This document shows positions 53,166 through 64,000 of a stretch of 64,000 bases of DNA, in pieces. Made by a program: the position numbers and the translations under genes. Numbering within the stretch: position 1 is the first letter of the stretch; each line of letters begins with the position of its first letter. Origin of the DNA: the human T2T-CHM13v2.0 reference genome, Homo sapiens. The DNA lies in NCBI RefSeq assembly GCF_009914755.1, contig NC_060929.1, one strand, 5' to 3'. The notes beneath the pieces are model-generated. The model ran no database searches. It was given only the letters and a program-made list of their open reading frames with translations, and had not been told where the DNA came from.

Positions 53166-53984
53166 AGAACTCCTTAAAAATGAATATGGCTGATTGCCCA
53201 TGGAATTTTCTTTCCCTTCCACTCACGATATACAACTAAAAACATTGTCAAAGGTATAAAGTATCAAAGATAACGTCATATTAAATTCTAATCTAAATAT
53301 GTGTCTTCGAAAATGCAAATAAAGAGGCATAACTTATTTTACTGGCAATTAATTCACAACAGTCACCAGAATTTTTATAAGAAGTATTTAGAGCCAGTCA
53401 TTGCCATAGTTATCTAAAACTATTTTTATTGAATATCGTTTCCAGTGTTCATGATTAATGCTAAGGTATAGAAGTAGAAATACTTATTACAAAATATATA
53501 AACTATTACAAAATGGTCAGGATTTTCTTAAAAATGGGATTTCACTTACGGACTTGGAGCTCCTTTCTAAATAGTGTGGGAATTTATTCTTTTAGTCACT
53601 ACACTAAGTAAACTGTTCTGGCCGAAAACTCTAAATAACAGCATGCTCTTTAATAAATAACCACTAACGATACTCAATTAATTGAGAGTGACAAAGCAGA
53701 GTCTCACATCAGCAGCTCCACTAGATTAAGTACCATGTTCTACTCAGCAGGACACTACTTTAAACAATTATTTATCCATTATAAATTAAGCTTAATTAAA
53801 GGTTAAATATGAGAAACAAAGCAAAAAAGCTAACAAAAATATTTAGAAGCAACTCTCACAATCATTTATGTGCCAATTTCCAGTTTCATTAAGAATACAT
53901 TAGAGATAATTTAATATAAGAAGGTTAAAAATGTAAGGAAAGATGACTTACTGTTGCATTTTAACATATATAAATTCACTGAAG

Positions 53985-55655
53985 CTTTAAAAAAAGTTTT
54001 ATTGAGATATAATTGGCATAAAAACCCCACACATATAGAAACTATAAAATGTATGCTTAAACATACAACCATCACCACAATCGAGAGAGTGAATATACCC
54101 ATCAACTCGTAAGAGTGCCTGTGGCATTTTAAAATTCTTCTCCCTCTTCAGCACACCCATCCACAGGCAAACACTGATCTAGCTGAGTCTCGCAGAATTG
54201 TAGAGTAGGTATATTTACAGGGATACATGTACACAACTCGGAAAATATACTTCTTTCACTCATATGTTGTGGTTTATTCTGGTTGTTGTGTGTATCAATA
54301 CAATCATTCATTCTGTTTGATTATTAATATTCTAAATATTTCATGGTATGGGTATAGGATGGTTTGAGCACCCACTCACCTGCTCATGGGCATCTAGACT
54401 TTTCCAGTTGTTGGTTATTGATAATAAAGCTACGATGAGCATTAGCATGTAAGTCTCTGTGCGGACAGATGTTTTCTTTTCTTTTTTTTTTTTTTTAATT
54501 GTACTGTAAGTTCTAGGGTACATGTGCACAATGTGCAGGTTTGTTACATATGTATGCATGTGCCATGTTGATGTGCTGCACCCATTAACTCGTCATTTAC
54601 ATTAGGTATATCTCCTAATGCTATCCCTCCCCCCTCCCCCCACCCCACAACAGGCCCCGGTGTGTGATGTTCCCCTTTCTGTGTCCAAGTGTTCTCATTG
54701 TTCAATTCCCCCCTATGAGTGAGAACATGCGGTGTTTGGTTTTCTGTCCTTGCGATTGTTTGCTGAGAATGATGGTTTCCAGCTTCATCCATGTCCCTAC
54801 AAAGGACATGAACCCATTCTTTTTTATGGCTGCATAGTATTCCATGGTGTATATGTGCCACATTTTCTTAATCCAGTCTATCATTGTTGGACATTTGGGT
54901 TGGTTCCAAGTCTTTGCTATTGTGAATAGTGCCACAATAAATGTATGTGTGCATGTGTCTTTATAGCAGCATGATTTATAATCCTTTGGGTATATACCCA
55001 GTAATGGGATGGCTGGGTCAAATGGTATTTCTAGTTCTAGATCCTTGAGGAATTGCCACACTGTCTTCCACAATGGCTGAACTAGTTTACACTCCCGCCA
55101 ACAGTGTAACAGTGTTTTAAAAGATCAGGAAACAACAGATGGACAGATGTTTTCATTTAGATTGGCTAAATACTTAGCAGTGGAATGTCTAAGTCATATG
55201 AAGCTTTTAACTTTGGAATTCTAACTTTTAAGATGTTGTCAAACTGTTAGTTCTAAGTAGTTGTGCCATTTTACATTCTCCTTGAGAGTGTGTGATAGTT
55301 CCAGTTACTCTGCATCATTGCCAGCAGTTTTTATAAGCTGTCTTTTTACTTTTAGTTCTCCTTATAGGTGTATTGATTTTAATTTGCATTTCCTTAATGA
55401 CTAGAATTTGAGAAACTTTTATGTGAGTATTTGCCATTCTTACATGTTCCTTGATGAAATCTTTTGAAATCTTTTCCCGTTTTATTACTAACATGTTTGT
55501 TTCCCTTTATTGAGTTTTCAGAGTTCTTTACATATTCAAGATCCAAGCACTTTATTAAATATGTGATTTGCACATATTTTCTTCCAATCTATGAAGTCTG
55601 TTTTCATTTTTGTTAACATTGCCTTTAAAAATCAGAAGTTCTTAGATTGGGTAAA
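53985..55655 (-). mobile_element. Old L1MB/ME 3' region, interrupted by a young L1PA
   Basis: tttattgagatataatt..accatcaccacaatc..aatttgcatttccttaatgact. Confidence 0.75.
54477..55140 (-). mobile_element. Young L1PA (PA3/PA4-like), 5'-truncated, with micro-inversion
   Basis: ORF 54702-55073 is a close match to the ORF2p C-terminus; C-tract of the 3' UTR; perfect 14-bp TSD ggacagatgttttc. Confidence 0.95.
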
Positions 55656-55842
55656 ATAACATCTATTTTATAAAGTTAATCTACTATTGAGCAGTTCATA
55701 GCTCTTAATAATAAGACCATTTAGAAATGTACCACCCTTGAAAGTCATAAAAAGCTGTGTCATTTAACTCAGCCTTAAAATGTATCTATCATATTTCCAG
55801 TTGTTTAATGCAGCCTCATGTTATGTTACTTATTGATATACG

Positions 55843-56290
55843 TTAAACACTGCCTCATCCAGGTGATCATAGTTAACATCAATAGCAATTAGTTATGTTC
55901 ATTTTCATAGTACATACCCTTGGTACAATGTGATGAAAATGACACTTTATTTCTGTGATCTTCTTTCCCAAAACCCACAATCCAAATATAATCAAGACAG
56001 AAACATCAGGCAAACCCCAAAGGAGAAGAATTCTACAATATACCTGACCAGCAGTCCTCAAAATTCTGAAGGTTGTTAAAAACAAGGCAAGTCTGAGAAA
56101 CTGCCACAGCCAAGGAGAGCCTAAGGAGACAGGACTACTCAATTTAATTTGGTAATTTGGATGGAATCCTGGTATAAGTAAAGGATATTAGATAAAATCT
56201 AAGGAAACTGAATAAAGTATGAAAGTATAAGAATGAGTCAATATAATATAATGGTATTACATATAATAAAATGTTCATCATATAAACATA
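55843..56290 (+). mobile_element. L1MC-like 3' UTR fragment
   Basis: caggtgatcatagttaacatc..tacctgaccagcagtcctcaaaa..gtctgagaaactgccacagcc. Confidence 0.8.
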
Positions 56291-56509
56291 ATGTGAAAAT
56301 TTAATTATACAAATGCTATGAAAACTTAATAAGAGAGGGGGATAATAACAGTGAAAAACAGAGCAGGGTGGAAAGCCAGGTCGTGATCTCACTTGCTGAC
56401 CATGTGGTTTTAGGTAAGCTATTTAATTGACAGTGCTCTCCTTTTTCTTCCATAATACAAGGAGTAATAAAGTACCTTCTTCATAGGGTTATTAATTGTT
56501 GCTATTTTT

Positions 56510-57404
56510 GTTATACATTTTACTTCTTAATTTGTCAAAAAACTTGCTTTACAGTGTTATTGTTTATTCTTCAAAAGTCAGTTTTATTTTAAATCAATTA
56601 AAAGAAGAAAGAACATATCATATTTTATAGTTAATCATCTAGTCACCATTCATGGTGCTTATCATCCCTTCCTGTAGATCCATGTTTCCAACTAGAAACA
56701 TTCTCCTTCAGTCAGGACAGCCATTAGAAAATCTTGCAGTACAGGTGTGCTGGCAGCAAATTGTCCCAGCTTTTGTTGGTAAGAAGGTATCTTGATTTTG
56801 TTCTCATTTTTGGAAGATGTTTTTCTGAGAAGAGATTTTTGTTTTCTTTTTTTAATATCCAACACTTTAAAAACTGCACTTCTGTTATCTTTTAGAAATC
56901 CCCAGTTATTCTCATCCTTTCCCCGCTGTACATAATGTGTCTATTTCCTCTGGCTACTCTCAAGGTCATTTTCTTTTAAAACTTTGGTTTATGGCATTTT
57001 GAGTATAAGGTGTTTAGTTTTGGGTCTTTAGTAATTATTTTACTTGGGTCTCACTGAGATTTTTGAATGCATGAGTAATTTTTTATCAATCATTGAAAGG
57101 CTTTAGCTATTATTTCTTCAAATATTTTATTCTGCTCTAATTATACACTCTTCTCCTTCTAAGGAACCAACAACATATATACCAGATCATTTGATGTTGC
57201 TCATAACTTCTTGAAGAGCTGGTCATTCTTTTCAATTGGGATCTCTCAGATTGGTTAATTTCTATTGTCTGTCTTCTAACTCCAGTCATCTGTTAAGTAA
57301 TTCAATTAATTTTTTATTTATTTTGTTGAACTTTTCACTTTCAGAATTTTCATCTGGTTCACTTCTATATTCTTTATGTCTGTTGAGGCTTTCTACTTGT
57401 TCTC
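56510..57404 (-). mobile_element. Ancient L1M (ORF1 region)
   Basis: caggtgtgctggcagcaaattgtcccagctttt; tttagctattatttcttcaaatatttt. Confidence 0.65.
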
Positions 57405-59400
57405 TCAATAAGACCACAAAGGACCCTGAATAGTCATGGCCATCTTGGGCAGGAACGCAGATGGAGGCATCATACTTTCTGATTTCAAAATGTAGCAGAA
57501 TGATACAGGAATCAAAACAATATGGCACTAGCATAAAGACAGACATTTAGGCCGATCAAACAGAATAGAGCCCAGAAATATATTCATACATTTATGGTTA
57601 ACTGATCTTTGGCAAGGGTGTCAAGAATACCCAATAAGAATACCCAATCTATTAAATAAATTGTGTTGGAACAACAAGATATCTACATTCAAAAAAATAA
57701 AATTGGACCCTTATCTTATAGTATATTAAAAAATCAACTCAAAATAGATTAAATACTTAAATGTAATACCTAAAACTGTAAAACTACTAGAAAAAAACAC
57801 GGGAAAATATTTTTTACATTGGTCTGGGCAATGATATTTTGACTATGACAACAAAAGCACAGACAACAAAAGCAAAAACAGGCAAATGGGATTTCATCAA
57901 AGTCAATAGCTTCTGCATAGAGAATCAACAGCCCAAAGAGTCAACAGCCTGAAGAGACAATGTACTGAATAGGAAAATATATTTGCAAACCGTGAATCTT
58001 ATAAATAGTTAATGTCTAAAATGTATAAGAAACTCATACAATCCAATAGCAAACAACAAAACACACACTAAAAAACTAACTAAAAATGCAAATTATTTAA
58101 ATAAACATTTCTCAAGGAAGACACACAAATGGATAAGAGCTATATGAAAAATGTTCAACATTACTATCATCAGGAAAATGTAAAATTAAAAGTACAATGA
58201 GATTATCTCACACTAGTGAGAATGACTATTATAAAAAAGATGAAAGATACATGTTGGCACATTGTAGAGAAAAGGGAATCTTTTACATTATTGATGGGAA
58301 TGTAAAGTGGTACAACCATTATAGAAAATAGTATAGAGGCCAGGCACGGTGGCTCACACCTGTAATCCCAACACTTTGGGAGGCCAAGGTGGATGGATCA
58401 CTTGAGGCCAGGTATTTGAGATCAGCCTGGCTAACATAGCAAGACCCCATCTCTACCATATTTCTATGAAAAATACAAAAAAATTAGCTGGGCATGGTGC
58501 CATGGTAGTCTCAGCTACTCAGGAGGCTGAACCACAAGAATTGCTTGAACCCGGGGGGCAGAGGTTGCAGTGAGATGTGATCGCACCACTGCACTCTAGC
58601 CTAGGTGACAGAAGCTTGGCCAACATGACAAAACCCAGTCTCTACTAAAAATACGAAAATTAGCAGGGCATGGTGGTGCATGCCTGTAATCCCAGCTACT
58701 CAGGAGGTTGAGGCAGGATAATCACTTAAATCTGGGAGGCTGAGCCAAGATCATGCCACTGTACTCCAGCCTAGGCAACAGAGTGAGACTCCGTCTCAAA
58801 AAAAGCAAGAAAGAAGATAGTGTAGAGGTTCCTCAAAAAATTAAAATTAGAACTACTTTATGATCCAGAAATCTCACTTCTGAGCATATACACAAAGGAA
58901 TTTAAATCAATATGTCAAAGCAATATCTGCACTTCCATGTGTATTACAGCAATATTCACAGTAGCCAAGATATATAAACAAACTACATGTCCATTGATGA
59001 ATAAATGAATAAAAAAGTAATATATATTAATGTAATGAAATATTTATATTATTTTTGTGTAGTTTGTACATATACATACATACATACACACAAAAAATTG
59101 AATATTATTCAGCCACTAAAACGAAGGAAATCCTGCCATTTGCAACAACATACATGGGCCCAGAGAACATTATGCTAAGCAAAATCAGCCAGGTAGAGGA
59201 AGACAAATACTGCATGATCTCACTTATATGTGGAATCTAAAACTTTGAAGTCACAGAAACAGAGAGAAAAGCTGAGAGGAGGTGGCAATGGAGGGATATT
59301 TGTCAAAGGGTATAAAGTTTCAGTTATGCAGGTTGTAAACACTCTGGAAATCTAACGCCCAGCAATGAGAGTATAGTTAGCAATACTGTATTATAAATCT
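57405..59400 (+). mobile_element. L1MA-like 3' part, split by a compound Alu
   Basis: ORF2 3' motifs; aaggaaatcctgccatttgcaacaaca..tgcatgatctcacttatatgtggaatct. Confidence 0.88.
58338..58811 (+). mobile_element. Compound Alu (AluJ-like dimer fused to partial AluS)
   Basis: Junction near 58612; single TSD agaaaatagtataga/agaagatagtgtaga. Confidence 0.88.
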
Positions 59401-59749
59401 TCATAGCTTCCAAAACGTATGCCCTGACTATAAGACCTTTACCACCTATAACACATAAGAATGTTCACCTATTTTCTTCTAATAATTTGTTTTTATATTA
59501 AATTTTGGATATATCTAAATTATGAATCTGGCTACATCATATTTTAATGGCTGGCTATTTCCCCCATCAGTATATGTTTCAAAGTACATATCTTTATCAC
59601 TTACTTAAATGGCTTAATTATTATAAATTCCCTATATAAATATAGGTGTGGTTAGGGGACAATATGCAGGCACAAATTTCTAAGATTTTAATTCCTGCTT
59701 TAAATAATATAAATTTGTATATATTTTAATGGAGGATTAGTTTCACTAT

Positions 59750-60129
59750 TTCTCATTTGACAGAGTAAAATTCTCCAGCTGTTTTCACTGTCCTTCCTTA
59801 GTGGAATTGTACTTCCCCAATTTCCTGAATTTATACGTGGCCATATGACGTGCTTCAGTCATAAAATGTGAGTGAAAGTGGCACATGACTCTTCCAGGCG
59901 CTGCTGTCTGAGCCAGCAGATTCTTCATCGTGTTCTCTTTTTTCTCTGCCTTCCTGTTCACCTATGTTCCAGACAGTTGGAGTCTCACCGGTGTGGGTTT
60001 GGCATGCAAATGACACAAAGCAGATTATGGAATGGCCTGAATGTAGAGTAAAATATTTGCTGTTTTAATTACTGAGATGTGAGTGTCACTTGTTGCTAGA
60101 GCAAAAATTAGTTTATCTGACAGATACTA
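59750..60129 (+). mobile_element. MLT1 (I/J-like) LTR
   Basis: gtggccatatgacgtgcttcagtcataaaatgtgagtgaaagtg..ttgctgttttaattactgagat..ctgacagatac. Confidence 0.7.
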
Positions 60130-60711
60130 TAGGTCAGATATGTATTTATTCACTAAAATTTTAGACTATCTCATCAGGTTTAAATATTTTTTACTAGATG
60201 GATTGGGCTATTAAGCATATAGAATAATTCAAAATAATAAATAAATTTAGATTATGAATCTTCCTCTGCAAGAGTCTTTCTATTCATGTAAATCTCTTAA
60301 GGGGCAATTTTGGGGCTGTTATAGCATAATTTATTTCAACATTTTCCTAATGAAGAATATATAATTATTTTTATCTTTAATCTGTTAATAGTACTGTAAT
60401 AAAATTATTTTACATAAACATTTTACTTGACTTCTAATTTATTCTTCATTATAAATGTGTGTAACAGGACCCCTAGATTAAAGATAATAATAATTTTGAG
60501 CTTCTATTATCATCAAATAAAACTCTAGAAGAATTGCATGAATTTTCTCTTCCATTAGCTGTATTATTTATGTTGGTATTTTAATACAATTTTGCTATTA
60601 TTAAATATTATCTTTTCTTTGGTAAAGTGTTCAGGTAGAAAGAGAGAGAAGGAGAGAGAAATACCATATATGTGTGTGTTGAAGAGACTCCCACAAATAA
60701 AAAGTGTATAA

Positions 60712-60922
60712 AAGCCTGGGAAACATAGTGAAGCCCTGTCTGTACAAAAAATACAAACATTAGCTGGGTATAGGTGTGTGTACCTATAGTCCCAGCTATT
60801 TGGGGAGCTTGAGGCTTACTTGAGGAGGATCACTTGAACCCAGGAAGTCAAGGTTGCAGTGAGTTGAGGTTGTGCCATTGTGCTCCAGCCTGAGTGACAA
60901 AGTGAGACCCTATCTCAAAACA
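60712..60922 (+). mobile_element. AluJ, 5'-truncated
   Basis: ggaggatcacttgaacccaggaagtcaaggttgcagtgag..gtgagaccctatctcaaaa. Confidence 0.85.
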
Positions 60923-60924
60923 AA

Positions 60925-61075
60925 CATGTGTACAAAATGTGTGTGTATGTATATAGGTGTGTATGTTTATGTATGTATGTATGTACACACACACACGTTT
61001 TAACCTACACAGTGAAATATACAGACGTCCACTTACATACATATTCCCATGCACATATCTACACATACACATACG
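60925..61075. repeat. (TG)/(TATG)/(CA) low-complexity tract
   Basis: TG/TATG block followed by CA/CATA block. Confidence 0.75.
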
Positions 61076-61491
61076 GTTTTTGACTGTTGATTTCTATGAG
61101 TGTTAACAATCATTATTCAGCCAACCTACTTTCATTTGTACCTTTTTACTACCCATAGTCCCTAATCCACTGAAGTATTTTAAAGCAAACCCCAGACATC
61201 ATATTATTTCACCAATATATTTTCCATTATGAATCTAACAGATAAGGAGGCAATACCATTATTGCAAATAACAAAACTCTAGTGTTTCCTGAATGCCATA
61301 TAATATTCATTCATTGTTCAAATTTCAGAAAGTGTCAACAAATATTTTTTGGTCTTAGGTTGTTTTTTCTGATCCCTTCTTTGTTTTTCTTGTCATCTAT
61401 TGGTTATAGAAATCCAGGTTATTTGTTCTGTGGGATTTACCACATTCTGAATAAAGTTAATTACTGTTCAAGCTGTCTTTTGTGGTTCCAA

Positions 61492-62244
61492 TGATACAGA
61501 CAGAAGACAGAGAAATACTGGGTAGGAGAGGATGGCTCCCTCGCAAAGGCCCTACCCTCAAGCCTGGAAACCCGTGGCCCTAAATGGGAACATGTATTCC
61601 TGTTTTCCTACCCAAATGTTGCCTTTTGGCCCACCACGTCCCCCTATCCTGTAACCATATAAACCCCAAACCCAGGTTCCAGGAGCAGACAAGCAAACAA
61701 ACAGAAGAACAGAGGAGCAGAAGAGTGTCACGGCAGAGAAGGAGAGAAGAGTAGGAGCTTCTGAACTTAGAGGCTGGGGGAAGTCAGAGAGGAGATTGGT
61801 CACAGGATTACCAGGGGAAGATCATCTTCCTATTCCAACCCCTTTCAACTCCCCATCTATCCTATTGAGAGCCACCTCCATCTGGCAATAAAATTTCCTG
61901 CATTTACCATCCTTCAATTTGTCCGTGTGACCTGATTCTTTCTGAATGCGGGACAAGAACCTGGGTACCAAGAGGGCACTGAGCTGGTTAACACTTGAGC
62001 TGTCTGCAGACAGCAGAGCTAAAAGAGCACTGTAATATGACTGCTGGGGCTTCGGGAGCCACAAGAACCCACCCGTAGACACTACCATGGGGCCAGAGCC
62101 CCAAAAGTGCTCACTTTGGCTCCTGAACTTGCCCATCTGCATGCTTCCCCTCCCCTAAGGGGTTTGAGCACACAGAAGCCAAACAAACAAGCCACAGCCC
62201 TCTTGCACGTCCTGCAGGGGGCATCAGGGAACTCTCCCATTTCA
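61492..62244 (+). mobile_element. LTR1-family (HUERS-P2) solo LTR
   Basis: tgatacagacagaagacagagaaatactgggtag..tcagggaactctcccatttca; tataaa and aataaa present; TSD ccaa/ccag. Confidence 0.88.
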
Positions 62245-63761
62245 CCAGTACCTTGACTGTCATCTGTAAAGACTTGATCACATAAGTCCCAGAGAAGGTA
62301 CCACTGAAAGCAACGATGTGCTAGTGGGGATGCTGGTGCCTCCCCCTAAGTGACCTCAGGACACACTCCAAACTCTTTTGTCTTCTTTTTGTGATGTTAT
62401 CATTGGTAAGTCACTTAGTGTCAGACATATTAGAATATATTTTAAATAAGTAAATCACTATAGATTCAGGAAAATTCATTTTATATCTCGCTCACATCCT
62501 TTTACTCCCTTCTCTGATGGTAACACATACTGTGTAATTTTATAGATGTGTGTCTGATAAAATATAGTGAATTTTTATAATTTTATATAAGCAGTCTATT
62601 ATGTATATGTTTTTGTATCAAGATTTTATTTCAACATCTTTCTTAGATTTATCAAGATACATATATAAATATAAAACTATTTATAGAGATACATCACACA
62701 TTATGCATCCATTAAACTCTCAAATTTTAAATTTAAAAAATTATTATTAGAAATCAGACTGAAATTAACATACTTGTGCTTATATCCTTGTGAATATGTT
62801 ACCCATTTAATCTTTGGTATCTCCAAAAGAGTAGAAATTGTGAGATCATAGAAAAATCTACTATTTTGTTTTGTTTTTCGGGTAATGCTAAATAATTATC
62901 CAGTGATTATACTTACCTATCTGACCAAACACAGCATATTATGATTCTTATTAATCTACATTCTGGCCAGATATGTTTGTTTCACATCATTATCAAATTG
63001 TTGAATCTGCCTTCCCCAATTACTAGGTGAACTGATAATTCATATGTCATTAATGCTTTTGTACTCTACCTTCATAGTTGTTCCATGTTTCCAAGCATTC
63101 AGGCAGAGAGGAGGAAACTCCCCTGCCCTTAGGGAGATAATGCTTCCATCCCCACACACAGCAGCTGCCCAGACTCTCATGGGTTGTCTGCCTCTCACCT
63201 CTGTGTATCTTTAATAGGAAGTGGCCACATACCAGGATAAACCATTGAATTATTATTAGCAAAGTGCTGTGTTCAAAGAGGAGTCTATATTCACTATAGT
63301 AATCGTTGAGAAATGGAGCTGATGCCCCTGGGTCGTGAGCAAAGAGAAATCCATGCCATCTTTTCTCTTTACCTCAAGCAACCATAACAACTAGCTTCCT
63401 GACAGATCAGACAGTGAGGCTATTCTCTGTATTATACATTGAAAAGATAACTCAGGGGCTGAAGCCAATTCGAAGCCAGTTTGTAAAGCCATTCTCTTTC
63501 AGAACGGCTGCTCAAACCCGTTCTAAGGAGAGGGGTGCCTTGCACCAGTCAGTATGGCAGCACAATGGCAGCTTTGCAGCAGGGTGAGGGTTAAAGAAAC
63601 CAACATACTTTGGGCTGCAACACTGCAAAAAGCAGCCATGAAAGGTTGGGGAACCTTTCAGACCCCCTGTTCTTCTACCATTACCTTCCCAGAAGGCAAG
63701 ATAAGAGGAGGAACTTGCAGGAGTGGAGAAGAAGCTTTCTTCTGCCCCATTTATTGTTTAC

Positions 63762-63951
63762 CTGACCATTTGTTGCAGGCTCTTGCTAGTGTTAAAACAC
63801 CAATTGTTCCTGACATTTCTCCGTTTCCAGCTATTGTGTGTTGTCTAATACATCTCATCCCCATCTTGGACAAAGAGACCATTGATGTAACAACACAGAC
63901 TTTCCAAGGTGCCATCATGAGCCATGGATTCTCTCTCAAATATCTGTTTCC
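63762..63951 (-). other. Candidate 190-nt exon
   Basis: Acceptor tcatccttttgcag|G and donor CAG|gtaaac; one frame open throughout; non-repeat DNA. Confidence 0.3.
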
Positions 63952-64000
63952 CTGCAAAAGGATGATCATTATAGTTTATCACCCATAAAGCTACCTCCAG

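Noticed and set aside
54702-55073. 123-aa ORF
   Set aside because: C-terminus of L1 ORF2p in a truncated copy.
57623-57648. 13-bp tandem duplication aagaatacccaat
   Set aside because: Ordinary slippage inside a decayed L1.
63554-63988. 144-aa plus-strand ORF
   Set aside because: No recognisable homology; splice signals favour the opposite strand.

Overview
Primate (probably human or other hominoid, given AluY, LTR12 and young L1PA copies) non-coding DNA, mostly decayed interspersed repeats: L1 of many ages, MaLR (THE1/MST/MLT1), ERV1/ERVL solo LTRs, Alu, MIR, L2 and MER2. I recognise no protein-coding gene, RNA gene or CRISPR array, and most listed ORFs are repeat-derived. I cannot support a new biological system. 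The most informative signals are structural. (1) An inversion of roughly 2-6 kb between two inverted L1PB copies (about 2.5-8.6 kb), shown by elements that are split and now point in opposite directions. (2) An old ~0.5 kb inverted duplication (47.4-48.2 kb vs 55.6-56.15 kb) that includes non-repeat DNA. (3) Two twin-priming L1 insertions. (4) A four-level nest of transposons. (5) A CpG-rich LTR12 with a mutated poly(A) signal. (6) Candidate minus-strand exons and an AP-1/ARE/ETS motif cluster. Subfamily names come from recalled consensus sequences, not a database run, and many boundaries are approximate.
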